From: an uncultured Patescibacteria group bacterium
Lineage (GTDB): Bacteria > Patescibacteriota > Patescibacteriia > UBA2591 > CALHIP01
Direction: 5' to 3'
Length of the DNA stretch: 64,000 nt
NCBI GenBank assembly: GCA_938030745.1
Contig: CALHIP010000026.1
Location: forward strand, 16,404-80,403
A model generated the notes under the pieces. That model saw only the letters and a program-made list of their open reading frames with translations, made no database searches and was not told where the DNA came from. This document shows, in pieces, positions 9,767-17,584 of this stretch (position 1 is its first letter; every line of letters starts with the position of its first letter). Both the position numbers and the translations under genes were made by a program.

Positions 9767-10183
9767 TTATTTAGGCTGGAAAGAAGCAAGGCCGTGTAGT
9801 CGGCTAATTACAAAAGCAGTAATTGTATAGGCAAAAAGAATAACAAGTAAACCAACAAGAGCATAAGTCAAAGTTTTTTTTGCTTTTCCAACTTTTTCTT
9901 CATTACCACCAGCGGTCATCCAAAGGTAACCACTGTAAATAATCATACAAACTGCTATCACTCCTAAAAAAGATAAAAGATATTGAATAATATTAAAAAC
10001 AATTTCAAGAATATCTCCTTTTTCAAGAATTGGTGTTCCTTCAATTAATTCAGATTCATAATCTGATGGTGAGGGAGGTTCTTCTTGAGCTAATAAAATT
10101 TGATTCGGCAAGAAAAAAAATAATAAGAAAATAATAAAACTTTTAAGGAAGATTGATTTCCTCTTATTATTTTTTTTAATCAT
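9767..10183 (-). CDS. VirB2/TrbC-like pilin
   Basis: Signal peptide ending LAQ; YSGYLWMTAGGNEEKVGKAKKTLTYALVGL core. Confidence 0.85.
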   Translation of the reverse strand: MIKKNNKRKSIFLKSFIIFLLFFFLPNQILLAQEEPPSPSDYESELIEGTPILEKGDILEIVFNIIQYLLSFLGVIAVCMIIYSGYLWMTAGGNEEKVGKAKKTLTYALVGLLVILFAYTITAFVISRLHGLASFQPK

Positions 10184-10410
10184 TTTTATATAGAGAAAGA
10201 GTCAGAATTTTCTTTAAAGAAAATCTAAAACTTTTTCCTTGCTTCTTTCTTCAATTTTAAAATCAGAAATTAGGCAAAAGCTCTCAATTGACTGATGACG
10301 AATGAAGCAAGAGCAAAGGCAAGTAAAACAACAATTAAACCAATTAAACCTTGAATTAGGACTTTTTTTGCTTTTCCAACTTTTTCTTCATTACCACCAG
10401 CAGTCATCCA
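9875..10410. repeat. 48-bp near-identical direct repeat shared by two pilin genes (9875-9922 and 10363-10410)
   Basis: TTTTTTTGCTTTTCCAACTTTTTCTTCATTACCACCAGC[G/A]GTCATCCA, 47/48 identical. Confidence 0.9.
10192..10238. terminator. Hairpin downstream of the pilin at 10270..10632
   Basis: 18-bp perfect palindrome ATTTTCTTTAAAGAAAAT (10207-10224) inside a longer imperfect inverted repeat. Confidence 0.45.
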
Positions 10411-10632
10411 CATAAATCCACCAATAATAATCACTACTAAAGCAACTACACCTAAAAAGGCAAGAACATACTGGATAGCAGTAAAGATAATTTTAATTAG
10501 ATCGGCGTTTTTTAAGACTGGCGTCGGTGCAACAAGATTGTTCATCCATTCTTCCCAATTATTAACTTGAGCAAAAACTATAGCTGGTAGAACTAAAAGA
10601 GTTAAGCTTAAAGGTAAAATTAATTTTTTCAT
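10270..10632 (-). CDS. VirB2/TrbC-like pilin (probable major pilin)
   Basis: Signal peptide ending FAQ; GGFMWMTAGGNEEKVGKAKK core; has its own promoter and a downstream hairpin. Confidence 0.85.
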   Translation of the reverse strand: MKKLILPLSLTLLVLPAIVFAQVNNWEEWMNNLVAPTPVLKNADLIKIIFTAIQYVLAFLGVVALVVIIIGGFMWMTAGGNEEKVGKAKKVLIQGLIGLIVVLLAFALASFVISQLRAFA

Positions 10633-10700
10633 ATTTTTTCTTTTTTACTTAACCCTCCAACACACTTAAATATTCATTTACTCGACCTTTTATTATTTTT

Positions 10701-10744
10701 ATTATTCATCTTTAAAAATAAAAAGTCAAGAAAGGTTATCCACA
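10701..10744 (-). promoter_or_regulatory. Sigma70 promoter with a perfect DnaA box 6 nt upstream of the -35
   Basis: Minus strand reads TGTGGATAA-cctttc-TTGACT-17 nt-AATAAT; the box is TTATCCACA at 10736-10744 on +. Confidence 0.65.
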
Positions 10745-10750
10745 AGTTAA

Positions 10751-11104
10751 TTATTTCGGCTGTTCGATAAATTTTTTAATAATGAAAGTCACTAATGAAT
10801 AGGAGAAAAAGACAATGGCTAAACCAAGAGTTGCCCAAACTAATGTATTTTTTCCTTTTTTGACTTGTTCAACGTTGCCACCAGAAGTCATCCAGAGAAT
10901 ACCACCATAAATAAACATAATTAAAGCTAAAACACCAACAATGCCTAAAACAAGTTTAATCGCATTGGCAATGATTTGATACATCTCAAGATTGCCAAGG
11001 GGAGAAGGAAGTTCTTCTTGGGCAAAAATAGGTCTAATAAAATTAAAAAGTAAAAAGTAAAAAGTAAAAATGGTAAGAATAATTATTTTTTTAGAAAGAG
11101 ACAT
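10751..11104 (-). CDS. VirB2/TrbC-like pilin
   Basis: ATG at 11104 (MSLSKK) removes the overlap; FAQ cleavage site; YGGILWMTSGGNVEQVKKGK core. Confidence 0.85.
   Translation of the reverse strand: MSLSKKIIILTIFTFYFLLFNFIRPIFAQEELPSPLGNLEMYQIIANAIKLVLGIVGVLALIMFIYGGILWMTSGGNVEQVKKGKNTLVWATLGLAIVFFSYSLVTFIIKKFIEQPK
11044..11071 (+). repeat. Heptamer tandem repeat in a pilin signal peptide
   Basis: TAAAAAG x3 plus TAAAAAT; encodes IFTFYFLLF on the minus strand. Confidence 0.7.
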
Positions 11105-11114
11105 AAATTTAAAA

Positions 11115-11567
11115 CTATTCTGATTTTTTTTCTTCGGTAGTAGGAAAAACATACCATTTTTTAGAGCCGAAAATCTCACAGGACTGAAGAATCTGACCTT
11201 TTGAAAGACCACAAATAATTATATTGACAATATACCAGGAAAGAAAAACAATCATCAAGCCAAATAAAGTACCAATTAAAATTTGTTTTCCTCTTTTCAC
11301 TCTTAAAGGGTTTCCGCCTGAAGTTATCCAGATTATACCACCAACAATGAAAAAGATCAAAGCAAGAACTCCAATTATTCCTAAAAGAAAAAGAGAAACA
11401 CCTCTAGCTAATCTTAAAAAATCAATTAATTGACAATTGCCTTCTTCCCGACACTCCAAACTTACTTCCTTAAGGATATACCATTCAGCAGCGGAAACAG
11501 ATCTAAGAAATAAAAGAGGAAAAATAATCAATAATAAACCAGCGATTAATAAATTCTTTTTTTTCAT
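11115..11567 (-). CDS. VirB2/TrbC-like pilin with Cys pairs
   Basis: Signal peptide ending VSA/AA; CREEGNC motif; GGIIWITSGGNPLRVKRGK core; C-terminal Cys pair. Confidence 0.8.
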   Translation of the reverse strand: MKKKNLLIAGLLLIIFPLLFLRSVSAAEWYILKEVSLECREEGNCQLIDFLRLARGVSLFLLGIIGVLALIFFIVGGIIWITSGGNPLRVKRGKQILIGTLFGLMIVFLSWYIVNIIICGLSKGQILQSCEIFGSKKWYVFPTTEEKKSE

Positions 11568-11572
11568 AAAAT

Positions 11573-12958
11573 TTATTTTATTGTTTGATTTATTTTTAAA
11601 ACAGCAAAATTAATTGCCTCTTTATAGGTTTTTTTACCATCAATGACATCATTAATCATTTCCTTCATCGCTTCTTCCATTAAAAGAGCATTTTTACCTT
11701 TATACCAAGAAAAAGCAGTTAAAGATTGACTGGCGAAAACTTCTAAATCAGGATCTTTCATTTGTTCAACAATTAAGCTTCTTAAAGCTGTTGGTTTTTT
11801 AGTTTTAAGAAGATAACCAACAGGATTTAAGGCAGAAAATTTTAAAAATGCCCAAGCTAAATCTTTATTTTCACTTTTTTTTGAAACAACCTGAACTTGA
11901 TAATGAGCGAAATTTATTTCTTTAATTGTTCCTTCTGGTTGAGGCATTTTAGCAATTCCTAAAGGAATGTTTGGTCCTTGGCTTCTAATTAAAGGAAGGT
12001 GATAGGCATAACCGAAGAAAAAAGCTAATTTTCCTTGAGTAAAAAGTTCTAAAGCTCTTGGCATTTCTTTATTCCAAGTATAGATTTCTTTATTTTTATC
12101 TTGAAAATCAGTATAAAATCTTAATGCCTCTTCTGCTGGAAAATAATTTGGATCACCAGCTAATGGCTGGTTAAAAGTAGCAAAACCATCTGGATTACTC
12201 ATTGAAGTTCCAACCTGCATCATTAACAATGATAAAATATCAGTTGGTCTTTCAATATTATTAGTAGTCCCTAAAGCAGCTCCTGCTTGATAAATATTTC
12301 CTTCTTTATCAATTAAAGTTAATTTTTTTACTTGTTGAATAAATTCTTCCCAAGTTTTTGGTGGTAAAGGAATTTTTGCTACATCTAGAAGATCCCGATT
12401 ATAATATAAAACTAAAGTATCAAAACTTAAAGGAAGACCATAAATTTTATTATTAATCACAACATCTTTTTCAACCTGAGCAACAAACAACTTTGATAAA
12501 TCTTCAACTCTTAAAAGTTTTTCTTCTTTTGTTAAAATCTTTCTTTTTTTAAAACAGCCTGGGCCTGTTTCAATTTCTTTTTTTAAAAAAACACTATTTG
12601 GCATTGGTTCAAGCCATTCTTTGGCATATTCTCTTATCCAAGTATTAGGTAAAGAAAAAATATCAGGGCCAACTCCTTTTGCCCAAGCCTCAATTAAAGC
12701 ATCTTTGTATTCTTCATACCGAAGTTTTCTCACGTTAATATTAACATGAGGATAAACAGCTTGAAATTGACTAATCAAAGGAGAAAAATCAGATGGTTCT
12801 TCCCAAATTACCCACCAATTTAAAGTAACTGGCGGTAAAATTGGCTTTTTAGCTGGTGCTCCTGGCATTGGCAACTGAGGAATCTGGCTTTCTACTTTCG
12901 CTCCAAAGATAAGAAAGAAAAAAATTAAAGATAAGAGGAAAATTTTAACTAACCGCAT
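11573..12958 (-). CDS. Extracellular solute-binding protein, family 1 (sugar-type)
   Basis: N-terminal TM/signal; GPDIF, IYGLPLSFDTLVLYYNRDL, PPKTWEE and FTQGKLA motifs. Confidence 0.85.
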   Translation of the reverse strand: MRLVKIFLLSLIFFFLIFGAKVESQIPQLPMPGAPAKKPILPPVTLNWWVIWEEPSDFSPLISQFQAVYPHVNINVRKLRYEEYKDALIEAWAKGVGPDIFSLPNTWIREYAKEWLEPMPNSVFLKKEIETGPGCFKKRKILTKEEKLLRVEDLSKLFVAQVEKDVVINNKIYGLPLSFDTLVLYYNRDLLDVAKIPLPPKTWEEFIQQVKKLTLIDKEGNIYQAGAALGTTNNIERPTDILSLLMMQVGTSMSNPDGFATFNQPLAGDPNYFPAEEALRFYTDFQDKNKEIYTWNKEMPRALELFTQGKLAFFFGYAYHLPLIRSQGPNIPLGIAKMPQPEGTIKEINFAHYQVQVVSKKSENKDLAWAFLKFSALNPVGYLLKTKKPTALRSLIVEQMKDPDLEVFASQSLTAFSWYKGKNALLMEEAMKEMINDVIDGKKTYKEAINFAVLKINQTIK

Positions 12959-12967
12959 AAATTTGAT

Positions 12968-13828
12968 TTATAATTTTAAAATTTTTTTAAGATCTTTTTG
13001 AATTTCTGGATGTTTTAATCCTATTTCAATATTTGCTTTTAGCCAACCAATTTTATTTCCGCAGGAAAGCCATTCCCCTTGATATTGATAAGCATAAATT
13101 TCAATTCCTTTTTCTAATAAAATTTTTAAAGCGTCAGTTAAATAAATTTCTTGGCCTGGTTTTATTTTTTTTGATCTTAAATTTTCTAAAGGCTGAAAAA
13201 TTTCCGGAGTTAAAATATAGCGACCGGTAATCGCTAAATTTGATGGTGCTTGGGAAATTTTCGGTTTTTCAATTACATCTAAAACTTTAAAAATTCTTTT
13301 TTCTATTCTTTTTCCTTTTATTATACCATAAGAAGATACTTCTTTTTTTAAAACAGGATGAACAGCTAAAACAATTTTTTTATATTTTTGATAAACCTCT
13401 ATTAATTGTCTAAGACAAGGAATCTTACTTTCGATAACATCATCAGCAAAGAATAAAGCAAATGGTTCATTCTTAACTTTATTTTTTACACATAAGATAG
13501 CATCACCAATTCCTAAAGGTTTTTTTTGATAAAGATAGGTAATCTTTGAGATGTTTGTTTTTTCTATTTCTTTTAAAAGATCGAATTTTTTCCTTTTAAC
13601 TAAAATATATTCTAATTTTTTATTTTTTTTAAAATAATCTTTAATATTTTCTTTTTCTTTTGAAATAACCAAGATAATATTCTTGATTCCTGAATTAAAT
13701 ATCTCTTCAATTAAATATTGAAGAACTGGTTTATCAACTAAAGGAAGCATCTCTTTAGGAAACGCCTTAGTGATAGGTAAAAACCTTGTTCCTAAACCGG
13801 CTGCTAAAATAACAGCTTTTTTGATCAT
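12968..13828 (-). CDS. galU: UTP--glucose-1-phosphate uridylyltransferase
   Basis: KAVILAAGLGTRFLPITKAFPKEMLPLVDKP, IEKP, APSNLAITGRY and EIYLTDAL motifs. Confidence 0.93.
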   Translation of the reverse strand: MIKKAVILAAGLGTRFLPITKAFPKEMLPLVDKPVLQYLIEEIFNSGIKNIILVISKEKENIKDYFKKNKKLEYILVKRKKFDLLKEIEKTNISKITYLYQKKPLGIGDAILCVKNKVKNEPFALFFADDVIESKIPCLRQLIEVYQKYKKIVLAVHPVLKKEVSSYGIIKGKRIEKRIFKVLDVIEKPKISQAPSNLAITGRYILTPEIFQPLENLRSKKIKPGQEIYLTDALKILLEKGIEIYAYQYQGEWLSCGNKIGWLKANIEIGLKHPEIQKDLKKILKL

Positions 13829-16485
13829 AATCTTTTTTCAACTCTTATTTTACCTCCTTTTTCTAAAATAACAAGATCCCGCCGAGAGATTTTGCCAGTT
13901 AAAAGATAGTTAGCAATCGCATCATTAACTTTTTCCTGAATAACCCTTTTTAATTCTCTAGCGCCAAAAACAGGATCAAACCCTTCTTGAGCTAGTTCAT
14001 CAATTGCCTCTTCAGTAACTAAAAGATTAATTCCTTTTGTTTCAAGTGTCTTTGCTAATTTACTAAGAAGAAGTCTGGTAATCTCTTTTAACTCGTTTAT
14101 TCCTAAAGATTTAAAAATAATTATTCCATCAAAACGATTTAAAAATTCAGGTTTAAAATATGGTAAGAGTTTTTCCTTAATAAAAACTTCTTTAATTTCA
14201 TCAATTGTTTTGCCTTGGCGAAGTTGTTCTTGAAGCCAATCAGAGGCAGCATTTGAAGTCCCAATTAAAATTAAATTGGTAAAATCAACTGTTCTACCTT
14301 GCCAATCAGTTAGTCGACCATCATCCATCACTTGTAAGAAAAGATTTAAAACATCTGGATGAGCTTTTTCAATTTCATCTAAAAGTAAAAGAGTAAAAGG
14401 GGTTTTTCTGACTGCCTCAGTTAGAACTCCTCTTGGCTCAGTTGAACAACCAATTAGTCGACCAATTGATTCTTTTGTCTGAAATTCACTCATATCCAAT
14501 CTAATCATTTTTTTCTCAGAACCAAAATAAATATCAGCAACTGTTTTTGCTAGTTCTGTTTTACCAACACCGGTAGGACCTAAAAATAAAAGATTGACAA
14601 TTGGTCTTTTTAATTCTCTTAATTCTGTCCTTGCTCTTCTGATAGCTGTTGCTACTGCTTTAACTGCTTCTTCTTGATCAATAATTCGTTGATGAATTTT
14701 TGCTTCTAATTCTAAAAGTATCTCTCTTTCTTCTCGACTAATTTTCTCGGGTGGAATGCCTGTCTTTTTTGCCACCAATTCAGCAACATCATCTTTTAAA
14801 ACAAATGAGTTTTTCCCTTTTTTATTTTTAACATAAATAGCTACTTCTTCAAGTAAAGAAATTGCTTTATCTGGTAAAAACTTCTCAGCTAAATATCTTA
14901 AAGAAAGTTCAACGGCATTAACTAAACTTTGATAAGAAAAGAAAACTTTGTTTTTTGCTTCTAAAAGGGCGACTTTTGCCATACAGATTAAAACTGCTGT
15001 ATTTTTATCCGGCTCGTTAACTGAAACTTTAGCTAATTTTTGACCTAAAGCTGAATCTTCTAAATATCTTTCATAAGAACCAGAAATTGAGCTAGCTAGG
15101 ACCAAACAATATCCTTTCTCAATAGCTTCAGCTAAAATTTCAGAAGCATCTAATTCACCTTCAGTTGTTTTTATTCCAACTAAATTATGAACATCTTTGA
15201 TAAACAAAACAATATTGCCAGCCTTAATAATTTCAAAAATAATTCTTTGAATCCTTTCTTCAATTTCACCTGGCCTTTCCGCACCAGCAACTAAACGACT
15301 GATGCTTAAACTAACTAATCTTTTATCAGATAAAATTGATGGTACCTCTTCAGCAACCATTTTTCTAGCTAAACCTTCAATAATAGTTGTTTTCCCAACG
15401 CCTGGTGGGCCAACTAAAACTATTCCTCTTTTTCCACCTTCTAACAATCTAAAAATTTCTTCAAATTCTTTTTCTCGATCAAGACAAACACCTAGATACC
15501 CTCTTTTTGCTAACTCAGTTAAATCAGAAGAAAAACTATCTAAAAATGGCGTTTGAACAGCAGTCATAGCAATGTTCATTGGTCCTTTTCTTTTTATCGC
15601 TGCTCCAGATAAAACCATTTGCCAATCTTTTCTTATTTCTTCATAAACTTCTTTCCAGACAATAACATTTTTTAAATCTTCAGGTTTTACTTCAAAATCA
15701 TCAAAAATGATTTTTGTTGGTTCATAATCAGAAGAAAGAAAAGGAAAAACTTCAAGAGGAGAGATAAGATCCTTTTTCTTTTTATATGCCTCTATTCCTG
15801 CTTTGATCAATATTTTTTTAGTCTCCAAAGAAAAACTCACTTTTCTTTTTTCTTTATAAAAATTAATTTTTGCTAAGAATTGTGAGATTTTTTCTTTCAT
15901 TTTAAACCAGGGAATTCCTAAACGAGTTAAAATAATCATTCCTTCTTCTTGTTGAAGAAGACCGACAAAAAGATGGATTGGTTCTATTTTGAAATGGTTT
16001 AGTTTTTTCGCTAAAAGAAAACTTTGGGAAATTGCTCGATCTAAAGATTTTGTTAAAAAATCATTAAGATTAATTTTTTCTTTTTTTAAAAAATATTGGC
16101 TAAGCAATTTCTTTTCTTTTTCTTGATCTTTAAGATAAATAAGGAAAAGCCAGGCTAATAAAGAAAGCCAAAAGATAAAGATTAATGAATCTTGATTAAT
16201 ATTTATAAAAATTGAGAAATTAATTTTAGCTTTTGGGATCAAAACTTGAGAAAGACAAATCAATCCGAAAAGGCCAAAAAGAATAAGAAAAATTTTAAAG
16301 AGAATTTTAAAGATTTTTTTTATTTTCTCAATTATAAACAAAAAAGTTGAAATTTCTCGGTCGAAAAAAATGGTTTTATCTAAAAAAGAAAACCAAACAC
16401 CTGTTCCTAAACAAACTGGACAAATTTTTCCTTCTTTTTCTCCTTCGCCCAAACAGACTGAGCAAAGATTTAATTCTTCGTTCAT
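13825..16485 (-). CDS. Membrane-anchored ClpA/B-family double AAA+ ATPase with an N-terminal DnaJ-type Zn finger
   Basis: CxxCxGxG x2, two TM helices, Clp N-domain, Walker A GPPGVGKT and GPTGVGKT, LLDEIEKAH, DDGRLTD. Confidence 0.85.
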   Translation of the reverse strand: MNEELNLCSVCLGEGEKEGKICPVCLGTGVWFSFLDKTIFFDREISTFLFIIEKIKKIFKILFKIFLILFGLFGLICLSQVLIPKAKINFSIFININQDSLIFIFWLSLLAWLFLIYLKDQEKEKKLLSQYFLKKEKINLNDFLTKSLDRAISQSFLLAKKLNHFKIEPIHLFVGLLQQEEGMIILTRLGIPWFKMKEKISQFLAKINFYKEKRKVSFSLETKKILIKAGIEAYKKKKDLISPLEVFPFLSSDYEPTKIIFDDFEVKPEDLKNVIVWKEVYEEIRKDWQMVLSGAAIKRKGPMNIAMTAVQTPFLDSFSSDLTELAKRGYLGVCLDREKEFEEIFRLLEGGKRGIVLVGPPGVGKTTIIEGLARKMVAEEVPSILSDKRLVSLSISRLVAGAERPGEIEERIQRIIFEIIKAGNIVLFIKDVHNLVGIKTTEGELDASEILAEAIEKGYCLVLASSISGSYERYLEDSALGQKLAKVSVNEPDKNTAVLICMAKVALLEAKNKVFFSYQSLVNAVELSLRYLAEKFLPDKAISLLEEVAIYVKNKKGKNSFVLKDDVAELVAKKTGIPPEKISREEREILLELEAKIHQRIIDQEEAVKAVATAIRRARTELRELKRPIVNLLFLGPTGVGKTELAKTVADIYFGSEKKMIRLDMSEFQTKESIGRLIGCSTEPRGVLTEAVRKTPFTLLLLDEIEKAHPDVLNLFLQVMDDGRLTDWQGRTVDFTNLILIGTSNAASDWLQEQLRQGKTIDEIKEVFIKEKLLPYFKPEFLNRFDGIIIFKSLGINELKEITRLLLSKLAKTLETKGINLLVTEEAIDELAQEGFDPVFGARELKRVIQEKVNDAIANYLLTGKISRRDLVILEKGGKIRVEKRL

Positions 16486-16868
16486 ATGATTGGATAAATT
16501 AAGAAATAATGGCAGAAATTAAATAAATAGCAAATAATTTTATAAAAAATCAATGGTAAGAGAATAAGATAGAAAATAAAAATAATCAGGCAGATAAAAG
16601 AAGCAAGAATAATTTTGAAAATATAAAAAGAAAGGTGGATGACTCTCATAAAAAAACTAATGATCCGACCTTCTCTTGAATAATCGCCATACATTGGTTT
16701 GAAAAGATTGGCAATTAAAATTTTTAAAACAATTGGATTTGAAATTTCAAGGATTGTTCTTCTCAAGAAATTGAAAAATTTGACTAATCCTTTAGAATAC
16801 CACCATAATGGAAAATAAAGAATGAGGACTAAAGGTTCTAAAATAAAAGTTTTAAAAATAATATCCAT
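16482..16868 (-). CDS. Hypothetical membrane protein translationally coupled to the Clp ATPase
   Basis: WWYSKG and NLFKPMYGDYSREGR motifs, TM helices, ATGA overlap with the Clp gene. Confidence 0.75.
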   Translation of the reverse strand: MDIIFKTFILEPLVLILYFPLWWYSKGLVKFFNFLRRTILEISNPIVLKILIANLFKPMYGDYSREGRIISFFMRVIHLSFYIFKIILASFICLIIFIFYLILLPLIFYKIICYLFNFCHYFLIYPII

Positions 16869-16870
16869 AT

Positions 16871-17584
16871 TTACTGTCTTTTAAAGAGAAAAGTTTGTTG
16901 AAAGATGGTTAAAATTAAATTGACTAACCAATAAAGAACTAAACCACTTGGTAAACCTAAGCTAATAACAAATGTAAAAATAGGCATCATTACCTTCATT
17001 TGTTTATTAAGAACTCCCATCACTGACTCATTTTCCTTTCTTTTTTCTTTTGGCATCTTGACTAATGATCTTTTTGTTTCAAACATTTTTATTTGAAAAT
17101 ATTGAAAAAGGCCAGTTAATAAAGCTAAAGAAAAATTTTTTTCAGCTAAATTAAACAATCCAAAAGCAACTAAATTAAGTTGTCCTGGGTTTTTTATAAA
17201 TGGATAAAGAGGTAAAGTTTGACTAAAAAGACCAGTTCTGAAAACTTGATAGACAGCAATAAGAATTGGTAATTGGATGATTAAAAAGAAGAAGGGAGAG
17301 AATGGATTAATTTTATAAGTTTTATAAAGCTGAATTGTTTCCTGAGCAAGTTTTACTTTATCATAAGAAAATTTTTTCTTGATTTCTTCTAATTTCGGTT
17401 GAAGTTCGGCTAAAGATTTTTGAACTCTAATTTGTGAAAGAGATAAAGGATATAAAATTAGTTTAACAAAGATTGTTAAGAAAATAATTGATAAACCTAA
17501 ATCATAAAAACCAATAGTTTGATAGAAAAAGATTAAAAGATTTAAAAGAGGTTGATAAAAAATGAGGTTAAAAATTTTAATCAT
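16871..17584 (-). CDS. yidC: Membrane protein insertase YidC (short form)
   Basis: IIFLTIFVKLILYPL, LQPKLEEIK, INPFS, IQLPILIAVY and PSGLVLYW motifs. Confidence 0.92.
   Translation of the reverse strand: MIKIFNLIFYQPLLNLLIFFYQTIGFYDLGLSIIFLTIFVKLILYPLSLSQIRVQKSLAELQPKLEEIKKKFSYDKVKLAQETIQLYKTYKINPFSPFFFLIIQLPILIAVYQVFRTGLFSQTLPLYPFIKNPGQLNLVAFGLFNLAEKNFSLALLTGLFQYFQIKMFETKRSLVKMPKEKRKENESVMGVLNKQMKVMMPIFTFVISLGLPSGLVLYWLVNLILTIFQQTFLFKRQ

Noticed and set aside
9324-11567. Pilin array as part of a conjugative element or prophage
   Set aside because: No relaxase, coupling protein, VirB4, integrase or phage genes in the window, and the array is embedded among housekeeping genes.
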